Source: Bigelowiella natans CCMP2755
Lineage: Eukaryota > Protista > Cercozoa
Assembly: GCA_000320545.1 (NCBI GenBank)
Contig: ADNK01000576.1
Coordinates: forward strand, 1 to 60,701
Reading direction: 5' to 3'
Length of the DNA stretch: 60,701 nucleotides
In this document: piece after piece, positions 44,378 to 57,681 of the stretch
Position numbering within the stretch: the stretch's first letter is position 1
How the letters are laid out: every line of letters begins with the position of its first letter
Notes under the pieces: generated by a model
The model's database searches: none
What the model was told of the DNA's origin: nothing
The model's input: the letters and a program-made list of their open reading frames with translations, nothing else
Program-made: the position numbers and the translations under genes

Positions 44378-45118
44378 CATCTTGGACAACATCATTTACC
44401 AATCGAATGCTCTGCACCATCAGGAACCTGCTTTGCACGTCTCTCCCTGCACCCGAGCTCCTACTCTTCGTGCCCCGTCGCTCCTCGGTAAATAGAGGAA
44501 GAGGGGGGGAGGGGGAAGGCCCAGCCGATCTCTGCTGAAAGTGACAGACAGCATATGTTATGTGATGATGGGCTGCAAGAAGAAAATATCTTCCTATCTT
44601 CTATATAGATTGTATTGGTGTAACGTATCATAACGCGTCTCTTCTTCTTCTTCTTCTTCTTCTTCTTCTTCTTCTTTTTCTTCTGCTACCCCCCCCCTCC
44701 CCCCCTTCACTTCCTCACACTTGCTACTACTACTACTACTACTACCCTGATGCGGTTGTCGATGGACCGACGGAGAATGATGACAAATTGTGCTATGAAT
44801 ACCATCATCGAGACCCTACTCAAAGAGAAGATTCAGCATATTACCATCGCCGTTGCGAACCACATCATCACCACCATCGTTGTCGTTGTCGTGATTCATC
44901 TGAAAACGTACCAGGGTACCCACGGCCGCTGCTCCTCCTCAAGGGGTGATGGTGGTGTTGATGATACGCTGCTAGCCGTAAATGCCCTCACCGTCCGCGT
45001 GCAGAGCTCGAACGCGCCCAGAAAGAACCCCCCAACGAGCCTGATATCGAGAGCAAGACCCTTCACTTCAGTCTCTTCGCATGGGGAGGGGCAAGCTAAT
45101 CGTCGAGGGTAATAATAT

Positions 45119-45154
<36 letters not shown>

Positions 45155-45413
45155 ATTACTACTACTGCTGCTGCAACGACGGTCATCTTGTCGATGATTT
45201 CTACGTCGTTGATGTATTCGTCTCGCGAGTATTATGAAATTGGAAGAGGCGGTAGTACTAATGGTGATAAGCGTCTTTATCATCAGCATCCATCATCCAT
45301 CATCATCATCATCATCACAATCATCTGTCCCTTGGCAAGAGAACAGCTCTCGACTGTCACACTGCAGCGATATAGTTGCAGAAGAACCAACACTTGTAAA
45401 TATTATACACACG

Positions 45414-45465
<52 letters not shown>

Positions 45466-45753
45466 GTACACATATAATTAATATAATAAATCAATTCACC
45501 ATGACAGCCCGAAGATATCCCCTGACTTAAGGCGGGGCTGACGTTCTGACGTGAAAGCATGAGAGGAGGAGGGGCAAGGCGTATGCACGCAATATCGTAA
45601 GTGAGTTCGTATACATGGTGGTGAAAGTCTGTGACGTGAGTCTTCTTCTTAAATCGGGATCAGATTATTGTAATTATTATTTGAGCTTCCATGGATGCTA
45701 TTTGCAGTCAAGCAAAGGGATTTTTCTCCTCATCTCCCTATTTTTTTTATTAC

Positions 45754-45788
<35 letters not shown>

Positions 45789-46399
45789 CGAATAGCAGCA
45801 GCAGCCCCAGCACCCCCAACCGAGCGCCATGGGTCTAGCAGTTGTTGGCTGCGGCCATGGGTAGCGGTTGAAAATGCTGCCGCAACAGTTCGCCATCACC
45901 ACCGGCCGTATTCTCACCGTATCGACGTTTCTAATAATACAATCCATTCTTACTTGGCACGGAGGAGGAGGAGGAGGAGGGGGCTGTAGAAGTCCTTTTC
46001 TTGAGGATGGTGGCAGCATAGCATGCCTGCAGCCGGTATGCGTAGGATCCAACCAGCCCGAGGAGGATTCCATATCCCTGCCGTCGTCAGCAAGGGTCGC
46101 GCAAGGGGGGGGACAGCGTGAGCGAGTAATTGGAAATATGAGTGTGCGGTATATAGACGACAGGGCAAATACCACCAGCAAGCCCCCCCCCCCCCCCTCC
46201 CCCCGCGCCAACGCAAACATCATTGCGGCCTCAAGAAAGGCTCGTCGCTCAGCCACAACCACCCTGCTGTAAAAAGGCCTCTTCTCGCCAGCCCTTACAG
46301 CACCACTCTCTCTTACCTTATCTTACCCCCCCCTCCCCGCCCTCTCCATTCTCCTTGCGACTTACCGGTGAGTAGGGCCGTGGTCCCGAAGGATGCTCG

Positions 46400-46434
<35 letters not shown>

Positions 46435-46600
46435 AGAAGAAGAAGTAGAGGTTGACAGCGATATGGTGGGAGCGATATTGCCGTTCCTTGATGTGTTGTG
46501 CGAAAAAGAACAGCGGTCGGGTAAAAACAGGGGGGCACATGGTCATCACACCAACTGCCGAGGCCATTCTCAACCTCGTGAGGTGAGAGGGGACGTTCAT
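38059..46600 (-). CDS. Cation diffusion facilitator (CDF/SLC30) zinc transporter, ZnT5/Msc2/MTP12-like, with an N-terminal multi-TM extension
   Basis: Exons encode SLGLISDA|GHMMTDCMALMIGLVATYMSTFGRDEVFTYG|YTRFEVVSGFTNGVLLVFIA (TM2 HxxxD), VSVAGLLMNLVG|LIFFHEHAHGGGGCSHSH, QGIFLHILADTLGSVGVIVSS (TM5 HxxxD), WGWRLADPICSLCISFLILGS, VVPLLQQSTTILLQ, LHAWTL, VVTVHIR and DLTIQVETAV-TGA (38059-38061). The start at 46600 is tentative. Confidence 0.9.
39668..39745. repeat. Imperfect ~37-bp tandem duplication in a CDF intron
   Basis: cgaaggagcggaaatgacgaacaacgtacagcaataa followed by cgaaggcgcggaaatgacggacaacgtacagtaataa. Confidence 0.8.
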
Positions 46601-46838
46601 GTTATGGTGGATTTGTGATGGTTATTATCACCATCAAACAACATACCATTGCCGCTCTACTTCGGATACATTAATACAATAACACACACACATATATATT
46701 ACACACATAAATTTAAATATATAATTATTTATTGGGAGGCGGTGTGCTTTCAAATGAGCAGCCACCTGTCAACCACCACGACGGCCACGAAGCAGATGAA
46801 AACCAACAAGATTCCTATTCCTGCCGAACGGGAGGGAG

Positions 46839-46881
<43 letters not shown>

Positions 46882-47014
46882 TGAGAGAGAGCGAATGTAA
46901 AAACTACTCCGACGTTTTCCCTATCCTCCTAAACATCGACTCTCGTTCTTAGCCTTGCCATGCAGGAGGAGGAGGAGGAGCAGCAGCAGCAGCAACAGTA
47001 GCAGTAGCAGTAGC

Positions 47015-47055
<41 letters not shown>

Positions 47056-47173
47056 TAATAACAACGGTAGTAAGTAGCAGCGCTAGAGCGCTACCACGAC
47101 TACTTGTACTAGCGGTGATAGATAATAACAGAGAAGTGGGTTTTGAGGTCAAGATGGTGTGGATGTGGTGGCA

Positions 47174-47959
47174 TTAGTCGTCGTCGTCGATAGAAGTAGT
47201 AGTACTGTTGGCACGCCGGTGCGCACTGAGGGAATTCGTCTTTGGGGAGGATAGGTTAGCGGCAGTCGGCGGCTTGGCATTAGCACTCGAATCGATTCGC
47301 TCATCCTTCGATATGCCCGGAAAAATCATGAAGGGAGGTCAATTCACGATGAGGCGCAGAGGCAAACAAGATGGGTTGTGGCACTGCTCTGTTGTTATAT
47401 ATACATGCACAACAACAACAACAACTACTACTACTACTACTACTACGAATAGCTTGCTGCTACTTCTACTATTATTTAGTACTGCAACCCTTGGCGTTCT
47501 TCCGCTGATAAGCGATCTTGACTCAGCCTAATGATAGTAATGACACGAAGAAGAGGCGCACATAAAACACGGGTCTGCACAATACAGCCAGCACCACCAC
47601 ACCGAATATCTTCGTTTTCGCGCTAGAGACATCAGAATGTCGGCACTATCGAAAGAAATAGTACCCGCAAGTCGTGGGAACAGCTAATTCTAGAAGGTGG
47701 GGCAAGGGGGGGGGGGGGGGGGTATCATCGGAAGACAGTTTACTACCACGAGGCATCCTATCCATTGCTCCCCGAAGAAGCTCAGCAAATACCTGATTCG
47801 ACATGCAACCTGTGAGTGCGAACGTGTGTACTTATTGATTCCTCGTTGAGTGCTGTTTTTTTAAAACCAACACATCAGATGTTCAGGAGTAGGTAGCAGC
47901 ATCTTTATTTGCTAGAATGAGTTGGCGTATAATGGCGCGCACGAGCGCGGGCATGCATA

Positions 47960-48000
<41 letters not shown>

Positions 48001-48230
48001 GTGCTCGCCTCACGCCGCATGTAATTACTTAAAAAGGCCTGCATGCTGAAGCGCAAATGCGTTCAAAGTGAACGTAATCGTTGTTAAGACAGCGTTAAAG
48101 ACCACCGCTGGGGCTGTTCCCTAGGATCGGTTGGCTTCAGTTAGTTTTTCAGTCATCGGTCGTGCGTATGGGGGGGGTGTTGGGTATTAGTACCTGGTCC
48201 TTTTGTGTTAATATAATCGTTCCTCTCGCC

Positions 48231-48275
<45 letters not shown>

Positions 48276-48624
48276 ACACATGCACACATACACACTCTGG
48301 GCGTATTTGGTAGAGAGCATGCCAGCAAAACGCACACATGCTCGCATATCTTCAAAACCAGGCTTGTGTTTCTTACCCTTGAAGTATCGCTCGCGCCTTT
48401 CCTAGTTCGGCGTCGAAAGAGCGTACGAATGACATCCGACTTGATGGCTTCTCGGTTGCCCTTTGAGAAGACACAATTACGACGTTATTTCGCCACATGA
48501 TTTCGAGGATGATGTGGCCCTCGATTCGAGGACCGTAGTACGTTCGAAGCAAGTAGTGAGAATTCTCATTACATTCAAAGCATTACCGTTTCTTCTTCTT
48601 TTGTTCAAAGTATTATACGTGCCA

Positions 48625-48711
<87 letters not shown>

Positions 48712-49400
48712 CCCGCTATCGCTGAAGAGGCCGCAACACAAGACACAACGTCCACACCAGAGCTTATGGGGGCGGGGGGGGGCACAGTTATCAAGATCAA
48801 TTTACGACTATCTGGAAGTAATCGTTTTACCTTCTCAAGTAGGATGCAGTTACCGCGAGAGAAAACGTGTGGAGAAGGCTCGACAGTTGGAGAAACATGA
48901 TGATTGTGGCAGGTGATTTAGAATGCGTGCTATCTATGCCTGTACGATGCCGCAGGGTGCATCCATGCGCAAACTTGGCGACACTATTCTTGTTTTGCTG
49001 CTCCTTCTCTGGTACAAATGCTGATATCCGTCAGGCTTTAGCGGTGGTATCTGCTCCGTTAGTCTGCTTTCCGCTCCCCTGCCGCAACGATGACGACTGG
49101 CTCGTTAATGCATCGATGTCAATGGCTTTTTTTTCTCTGACTAGCTAGCTTAATTTGGTTATATTTCATGTCGCAGGCTAAATTTACCCTGTGTTTTAGC
49201 ACGATTGTGAAAACATCTGTAAAGTCATTCGGAGTCGCACTGAACAACGGTGGTCGCAGTTACGGTCTCAGCGTTGCCACCGCGTAGTCCTTATCCATTG
49301 CCGTTTCCATTCAGAAGGCTCTCAGCGTGGGGTCCGTCTTCGAGAAGACCCTTTTCGTCAGGGCTAGGAGTGTCCACAGATCGCTCACCATCGAGAGGAA
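47174..49400 (-). pseudogene. Multi-exon hypothetical gene, possibly pseudogenised at its 5' end
   Basis: Exon-like blocks: SHYLLRTYYGPRIEGHIILEIMW, SFDAELGKARAILQG, GTAPAVVFNAVLTTITFTLNAFALQHAGLF, VFAELLREQWIGCL, LSQDRLSAEERQG and ...SIDDDD-TAA (47174-47176). The most plausible 5' frames carry in-frame stops at 49311, 49260 and 49031, although unrecognised introns could explain them. Confidence 0.4.
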
Positions 49401-50030
49401 GTGGATGGGTCAACGCTTCTGATGACGACACTTTCCAGAGTTGCTCTTCATTTCTTTCTGTCTTCTTTCCTTCAGCTGCACCGCTGGCCGTCGGAGTCAC
49501 TTCTCACGTCTTTCATTGATTCACTTGTTCATTGGTGTTCACACCGTTGGGTCTGTTTGACGAGGTTTCGGCTCGAGTCTCAAAGACCGTCTAGCCGTGT
49601 GCTGACTTCGCCGCACCGCCAGCACTCACTCGATGCGATCGGCCACACAACGTGCTGCATCTAGTGCATGTGCGAATCACATCGCGAAGCAGAAAACAAA
49701 GTCACATCACTGGTGCACACACGTTGCACACATGGTGTGCACATTGTTCATCGTCGTGCAGTTGTGTGCCATTCTAGCATTCCTCATTTGCCTGCTTTGA
49801 CAGCACCGCCAGCAATGCAACATGCTAGCATGTGCGCACGTGTCCGCATGCGCGTGCATGCGTGCGCTCTACGGGATGCTCTTGAGAACTCATGCAAGCA
49901 GTTGTTCATCTTCAGCAATTTGATGCGATGCGTAGCAGACTTGCCTACTTCATGTGTGCACATGCTAGCATGTCACAACCTTTTACAAACCATCTTCTTG
50001 CGCAAACTACATGATTGTTGTGATTGCTTA
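49294..50030. other. TpA-depleted patch D
   Basis: By eye, 5 TpA in 49294-49869 and all 5 are in CTAG. Dense tgca/catg/gcac words. Confidence 0.85.
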
Positions 50031-50212
50031 GTCTCATTGCTTGCTGGAGACCGAAGTCACTAAAACAATAGACATACGTGTATATTATATATACTGTGTC
50101 TATAGTTAAATCAGGAAATTAGGCGAGAAATAATGAACTGAGGCCGGCTGGCGTCGTCAATGATGCTCTGTCTTGAGTGACTCGGAAAAAAATACCTTTC
50201 ACGAGCAACTAC

Positions 50213-52092
50213 CTAAAACATGCTGCTATCGGCCAAAGTGACTCGAATGTACCACTCGAGCAGAGAGAAAGGCCAGGTTACGAGCCATAGAGGAAATGGC
50301 ACCGCGAACCCAGAGTAAATCTGGAACACCATGCCAATTCCAGCAAACACGACACCACAGATCTCGTCGGTGTTTGAATCTGAGAGGTGAACAAATTAAT
50401 GAATAGAGATTATGTAAGGTGATGGCAAATTGTTTCTCCCCCTCCACAACATCCTACATGAAGTTCTTCGAAATTCCAGTGAAAAGTATGGAGGTGCAAT
50501 TTGCCGTCAAAGTCGTGATGTGTTAATGCACTCTTACTCTTAAATCACCTTCTTCATGATACTCCTTCCCCTTTTGCTTGGCCATGTATTGAAAAGCCAT
50601 ACGAACCATCATAATGCCGCCTCTAATACTACTATGGGTTGCTGAAATCACGGATTGAGCAGTCCAGGCAATAGATATGCCTGTGAAGTATGAACACCAG
50701 CAGGATTTACGTAAACAGTATATTGGTAAGAAGTAGTAGCATATCAGAGGTGACCAAGTGCGCTGTTGAAATTTACAAGCACGGGATGACGTGGGGCGGA
50801 AGAAAAGGTGCTGCCTTTCTCAAATTTAAGATTTTTGACATGTTTCGGAAGTGTATCAGAACTCCGGACTCCGATGCATGTTGTACACCCATCGCCAACT
50901 AATCAAGAATAACCATTCGCATAGTGGTTGCGAATACTTTCTCTGTCACTTCGAACACTATCATTCTGCAAGCGCGTTCAATCACCACTCTCAACGTACC
51001 GATCGCACGTGAGACGTAGCCGACTAGCACCGGGATCCACCGGTGGTACTTTTTTGGTAACGCCACCTTGAGAACGGGGACGATGAACTCGGTCAGCACC
51101 TTCTGAATTCCCTCTCCAATGCCGTTTCCGAGCGAGACGACCTTGGCGAAGTGGATGTTCAGCGCCGCGACCACGCACAACCAATTGCCCCAAATAATGG
51201 TGACCGAGTCCTGCACCTTACGAGGGTCAACCACTTCGAAGAAAAGGGTTGCCCTTTCGGAGAATGGCACGACTGCATGTGGTTTATCAGCCACACCGTC
51301 TCCGTCCTCGTCAATGTTCCTGAGCCTCATGTTCTCATCGTCGTACTTCTTCTTCAGCTTGTACCCCTCCTCGTAAATGTCCATGAGTGCCCGCTTCGTG
51401 CGCTCCCAACTTATGAGGTGGTAGTAGTAACAGCAGCAGTGGTAGAGCATGATACCACGCACACAGGAAGAAATATGAGAGAGAGAGTGTGAATGTCTTC
51501 GTGTGGTGTGTGTGCACGCGCGCGCGCGCGTGGGCAAAGCCCAATAAGCTTTCATACAAAGAATGAGCAGAGGATACAGATGCTAACGTCCATTCTAACA
51601 CTACGGAGTGAGTCGTACCCGCATTGATAGTACGTCTCCACAGCCAGTATGAGAGCTGGAAACACCCCGCCGAAAAAGCAAAGGAAGAATCCTAGCGATC
51701 CGTAGAAGAGTTCTTCGTGGGTTTTCATGACGTTATACACCATCTTCGAGTACTTTATGATGTGAGGCATGCACACGTCTGCCACCGCCATGATTGATGC
51801 GATGAGAGGGAGAGAGGCCTCGATGTAGGGCACATATTTTTTCGCCCATTCTGGAGCCTAAATAAAGATATCAGCACAGGAAATCACTTCCTTTTAAAAA
51901 AATACGCGCACAAAAAGATTTTGTTTTCATTCTACAGAGCTTAAAGATCTCGTGAATCCTATTTTTACGTACCTTCTTCTCCATTTGCTTAGCGATTTCT
52001 CGGTACTCCATCGATTTCATTCTTGCGAGGTCCTGGACGGACATTCGTCGCTTCTTCACCGGAACTTTCGCGTCGGCGGTTGTTGTAGCCAT
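50213..52092 (-). CDS. Multi-pass membrane hypothetical protein with a DxDGDGxxD loop
   Basis: Exons MATTTADAK...QMEKK | APEWAKKYVPYIEASLPLI...GFFLCFFGGVFPALILAVETYYQCG | ERTKRALMDIY...IDEDGDGVAD...WIPVLVGYVSRAI | ISIAWTAQSVISATHSSIRGG | DEICGVVFAGIGMVFQIYSGFAVPFPLWLVTWPFSLLEWYIR...SMF-TAG (50213-50215). Confidence 0.82.
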
Positions 52093-52267
52093 TGTTCTAA
52101 TGTTGGGACCTAGAGATTGGCGTGTTGTCGATTAAACCTGTAGTGAGTAAAAATATTTGTGTGTCAGAGTGGTCTCTTTAAGTGGTCTTGCCATTGCGAG
52201 CTTAGAGAAGTGGAAGTTGTATCGATGCGAGGGAAAACGAGTTGCTGCGTTAGACGTCTCTCACTTG

Positions 52268-52368
<101 letters not shown>

Positions 52369-52529
52369 TGTCTTTCAGACCAGGCAAACCAGGAGAGTGG
52401 AGAAGGCTCACAGAAATGGTTGGGGGACCAGTGCGAACCCTGCAGCTGTTTTGATGTGTTCCCTTAGCAAGAAAAAATATCGTAAGAAATGGCTGATAAA
52501 GCAGGCCATTCATCTACAGCGACCTGTAG

Positions 52530-53715
52530 TTTTTCCAATTTCTCCTAGTTCATCACGTTTTTCCAATTTTCGATTGGGCAATGATCATGATGCAGACGGA
52601 GCATCAACAGGCATGGTGCGACGACATCATCATGCACAAGGAATTCAGTCGTCGACGGTGCCCCCTCCTGCGGAACAATGACAATGCAAAGTTTCGTCAC
52701 TTCTAGACTTGATCAAGCAGGGCATCTCATGTGTGAATTTTTTTTGCAAGCACAATGTTGAACAAATGAATGTCAAGCTTTGGCTCCCAAGCACTGCAAG
52801 ACTGGGCGGGGGGAAGCTGGCCGGGGTGTGGCGAGTGCAGGTCATCAGCAAGGCCGCAGAGACGTGCCTGGCTGTCTGAGTTTGCCTGAACGTGCATCAG
52901 GTGCTGCTGCACAAGCTCGTCATCAGACGCTCATGATTGTGCTCCATGATGAAGTGTGATCGACATGAAGCTTCCACAGACGTTGATCAATTTGGAACGT
53001 GTTGCTCACGCACGCATTGTGGACCTCGTCAGTGACACGTGAATCGAATTGAGCCACTGCTGGCAGCATCTGTGCTCGTGTGCAGGAACGTGCAGTTTTC
53101 AATGCAACAATGGAATCCACATTGAATGCGTTGGTGCGCCATGCCACCATTTTTCAGAGCATCATCACTGTGAAAACTTCGTGGGGATGCTTGTTCATCA
53201 CTGAATTCTTCACAATCCTGATAGGTCGATCGGTCTAGCACAATGGACACAGCAATGTGGCACATGTGTCACATGTGTGTCGGTGTGCACATTGCACATG
53301 CATCACATTGCATGTCTATCATTAGCGGTGCATCGCACATGTTGCGTGCGCAGTGTGCACCACGTCCAATCACAATGCCACAAAGTCAAATGACTGCACA
53401 GTTGTGCCACCTCTTTGCGCATGTCATGCAATGCAATGCAATGCAATGCTTGAAGTTGTGAAACATTTGTCATGCGTGAACGCATTGAATAATCTAACCT
53501 TTGACCATCAGAAAGTGATTTCATATTCTTCTTGCAGGCACACTGGTGCTCTCATTCCTCACTCTCATTTCCTCCACATCCTGGCAAGCAATTTTGTTGT
53601 CCTTGGAGATCGAAGGCACCGACACAACATCATCTCTCCGTCTCCATTCTCCCGTCGCCTTTCCACCACGGCGTGGGAGTCGCTTCTGACGAACTGGGTC
53701 AGGAACATCGATGAA
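52530..53715. other. TpA-depleted patch E containing a degraded coding relic; overlaps the NRT2 3' tail
   Basis: By eye, 6 TpA in 52530-53489 (3 CTAG) and none in 52707-53221. Contains (ATGCA)n at ~53426-53448. No TpA in 53527-53716 within the NRT2 C-tail. Confidence 0.88.
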
Positions 53716-56590
53716 GTAACCCAGAAGTCCGATACCAAATACGATGAAACCGATGTAAAAGTATGCCTCAGAATTCGAACCAACAGCAACAGTGAGCAAA
53801 CTACACAGCACTGCGCCAACATTCCCACCAGCGCCCACGATGCCGCTTACCGCACCCGAGTGTCTTCTATCGACCTTCGATAAAAAATTAAACTATTTGT
53901 TTCGGAGGGGAGGGGACAGTCAAGACGATGAAACGCGACCAGGTATGCACGCGCACACATACAACACACCATATATTTTCACAAATATGAGTTTGTGCAC
54001 GTTCGAGGTACTTACATGAGGTACAATGCCGAACGTTGATCCCTCAGCAGCTTGGACAAAGATTGAGAAAATGAGAAGGAAACAGACTGCCACGGGGAAG
54101 ATGTCAATGAGACTAAAAATAATAAGCAAAAAGCCCTCTCCCACAGTCAACCCAATCTGTAATAATCGTCGCCCCTTGAACCCATTAATCCTGTAGAAAT
54201 AGTCGGAGAAGATTCCACCCAGCGCCTGGTTGGTAAATATACATGTACTTTTAATATTTGCATAAGAAAACCTATCTGTATTTTGTAATTACTCGGGCGA
54301 AAAGGTTTGTCAAACTAAAGGCGACTCCGATCAGCGTTGCCACGCCCAAACTAGCCCCGAAGCGTTCATAGAAATACCTAGATTACACCAGGATCGTTGT
54401 TATCAAAATCTATGTCGCTGCGCCTTCATTCGAGAAAAGTGGTAATTGTACTCTGAGATTGAGGCGTTGACGTGTAGCTCGACACCGAAACATGCAGCGT
54501 ACTGCAGAAACAACAGCCACGACTGGGGGTTTGAAATTGTGTCGATGAGGATCATGGAGCTGGTTTGCCTTTGTTTTTAGTTGGATTTGATTATTAGACA
54601 TATGATTGAAATTGAGGTTGCAAGCGAACGCATTTGTGAGAATGAGAGTGTAGAGATCAAATAAGATTTTCTCACTCCACTTCTCTTCATAGAAACCCAC
54701 CCAGAGATAGAGATAGGGAGACAAAGAAAGAGTGTAGAAGGGGGGAGGGGTGTGGTAGAGTATGATGATATGTGTAGCGATGTGAAGAAACTAACCTATC
54801 GGTAATTTTCTTCCATTTCCGGCCCTGTGGACTATCATCGCCATGGAAATACACACAGTATGCTGCTATAAGTAGCGCCAGGGCAGGGACCCAGAAGGCG
54901 TTTCGCCATGCACATTCCTTGTCGCATCCAGGAATCGAAAGGTTTGTCCAATAAACCGTCAGCATCACCGCCTTTAAAAAGTGAGCAGACACCGTCAATG
55001 TTCGTCCTTTATTTCCATCAACGTGTCGACTATCATGCAGTGGATTGCTTTTTTATTTTTAGTTCGTTCGGCTTTCTGCAACCACTTGTTTTCTCCCCCC
55101 CCCCCCCTCCTGCTTCAAGTATTTATTTCTTGATAACAGAACCAAAATCAACTGGCTTCCGTATCACCCCATCCCTTCCCAAAAATGACGATAAAGGACT
55201 GCTTCTGCTTCGCTGATAATACCCTTGCTAGGCCTGTGCCCAAGTTGCCCCAACCACCAGAAATGGCGTTCACACTTCCCACGACATTATCGTGAAACAT
55301 CGTCATGCACCTGAAAATGTACCAGCGGAATCAGACCGTCCCCTTGCTCATACAAGAATTCTTCCGAAAGCAAACGCGCGGATGATCGGCATTCTTTCCC
55401 TTGCAACTGTTAATGTTTCTAGAGACAGGGAAGGGAAAAACCTCCCCGATGCATAAGTATGCGCGCTGCTGCTACCAGAACTGACAACCCACGAACGTTG
55501 CCCCAACCACTCCGATGAGGGAGCGCACGATCAAGAAATCGGTGAAATCTTGGATAAACCCAGCACAGAGTGTCGGTATCGCAGCAAATGCCAGAAGTCC
55601 CGCTTGGCCTTCGTAGGTACATATGTGTGTATATATACAATATATACAGCGGGAGAGGGAGAGGGAAAGAGCGAAGAAGATGCGAGGTAAATTTTATATG
55701 TATATTTCGCCAAACTTTTGTGCTCATAACTCACCAGAGAACAAACAGAGAAAGATGCATGATGTAAATAACCCACGTGCTTACATCCTCCTCCTCCTTC
55801 TCCTCCTCCTCCTCCTCCTCATCCTCATCATCATAATCGTTCACGTATTCCTCGTCATCGTTATCTCATCTACAGCACCAGCAGCGCATTACCGATACGA
55901 ACCCCATACATGTCCATGATCGGGCCAATGAGAATCCTAGCTCCTATCTGACAGAAAAAGAAGTGGTTTGTTGAGAATTGCCGAAGGTAAGACGGGGATG
56001 AGAGAGGGAGAGAAGTGCAAAGCGTTGTAGGAGGGGAGATGAGCGGACCGTGGATCCAACGGAGTAGAGTCTAGCCTTGAGCATTTCTGATTTCGTTAGG
56101 TTAAGTGACTCCTTCACCGAAGGTCCGAGAGGAACGAATGCGAACCAAGCCGTGAAAGCTGTTGTTTAAAAAAAATCCACAACATTATCGTCGCTGTTGC
56201 TATTTGTGGGGGCGACGGGGGGGGGAATAGTGATCTGGGTGGGGATGCAGGGAACACTTCACCACATACCATTTCCTTCGCAAAAGTTGCTCAATAGGGG
56301 AGCACATACAGGAGGAGGAGTAGAAGGATGAGAATGAGAAGGAGGAAGGAGGTTACCTATGAGGAAGGATGTCCAAGAGAGATGAAAAGCGCGCATATGA
56401 GGCCGAAAGCAGCTCTCCATTTTAAACTCCATCGCTTTCTTCGTATTAGCTTCAAGCTGACACACGATAATAAAATCTAAGGAGCTCTTCTCAACGCTTT
56501 TGCCATCCAAAAACAAGGAGGCTATTTCTATATTCTCTACCTTCAGGCGGTAGTCCGGAGGAATTTCTTCAAACAAATATTCCCTCGGCT
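53521..56590 (-). CDS. NRT2: High-affinity nitrate transporter (NRT2/NNP family, MFS)
   Basis: Exons: RPHMRAFHLSWTSFLI|AFTAWFAFVPL, ARILIGPIMDMYGVR, RSLIGVVGATFVGCQ, MFHDNVVGSVNAISGGWGNLG (NNP signature), AWRNAFWVP, WLLFLQYAACFGVEL, NLFAR|ALGGIFSD, VQAAEGSTFGIVPH|VDRRHSGAVSGIVGAGGNVGA. Stop is TGA at 53521-53523. The true start is probably upstream of 56590 and is unresolved. Confidence 0.93.
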
Positions 56591-56634
56591 ATTTGTACAC
56601 AAGTATACACAAACATGAACACGCGCGCGCGCGT

Positions 56635-56674
<40 letters not shown>

Positions 56675-57681
56675 CGTTATTATTATTTTACCGATTCTCC
56701 ATCGGATTGCCTTCCACCCCTGCGCATACTTTGGCGCATACTCCCGTGCATGGACTCGAGACCAGTATTTTCCGCTCTGTACATTGACATGCGTCTTGTG
56801 ACACGCCTCTTATTCGCAGGTATATAGTCCACGCTCTTCTCTGTACGGTACGGGACGTAATACCAGAATATATGATTGTCATTAGTCTTTCTTTTCAATA
56901 AATTAATGAACGTCACGCAGCCACACCGGTGCGTTTGTAGGATTGCCATAGAATTGTCCTCATCCCATACCTTCATCGCTGGAGTTTTCCCTTCTTGGGC
57001 TAAGTAATATCGGCTCGGGAGCCATCGTGGATTTCGGGGAGGCCGCTGGTGAATGGATTCCGCCCGAATCTCTCGATGGTACGTTTAGCATGTCGCCCCC
57101 CTTTCTGTGAAGGATGAGGCCTCACTGAGTGGGTTCCCCTCGATTAAACAAGACGATGATGTTTCGGATTCCGTCCCAGAGCGCGCATGCGAGGTAGAGG
57201 AGAAGGAGAAACGAGAGGGAGGAGGAGGAGGAGGAGGAGGAGGAGGAGGAGGAGGAGGAGGAGGGACTCTCCTCTTCCAATACTGATCCGGACGAGAGCC
57301 CTGCTGTGAACAGTAGAGGTAACCCGATCAGGAGGACTCCAGGAGATATTTTTGTATTTTTTGTCGGTTTCCTCGGCACAAACCGTCCGTTTCCTATAAT
57401 TCCCTTCATGTGAGATTGTCGCGATGTAAAAACGGCATGTCACGAAACAGCCGGTGCAGCTCTGGGCGGCAGCAGCACGCCACTTCAGCTGTTCCCTCGA
57501 GTTCACAACGTCGTCACACCACATCCTTCTCCTCCCCATTCCACACTTGTTCCTAGGTAATCAGGTGCCTCGGGGGGGAGGATCGTTCGACTCATACGGT
57601 ATGGCGGAAGGCTGGGAGGGGACGGTGATGATGGTTGTGCGTATCAATTCTCTGAATTCCCCTGCCCCATTTTCAAAGGTG

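Noticed and set aside
57108-57128. A 21-nt GT...AG segment resembling an ultra-short (nucleomorph-type) intron upstream of NRT2
   Set aside because: Other introns here are much longer, and such a short match can arise by chance; there is no transcript evidence.
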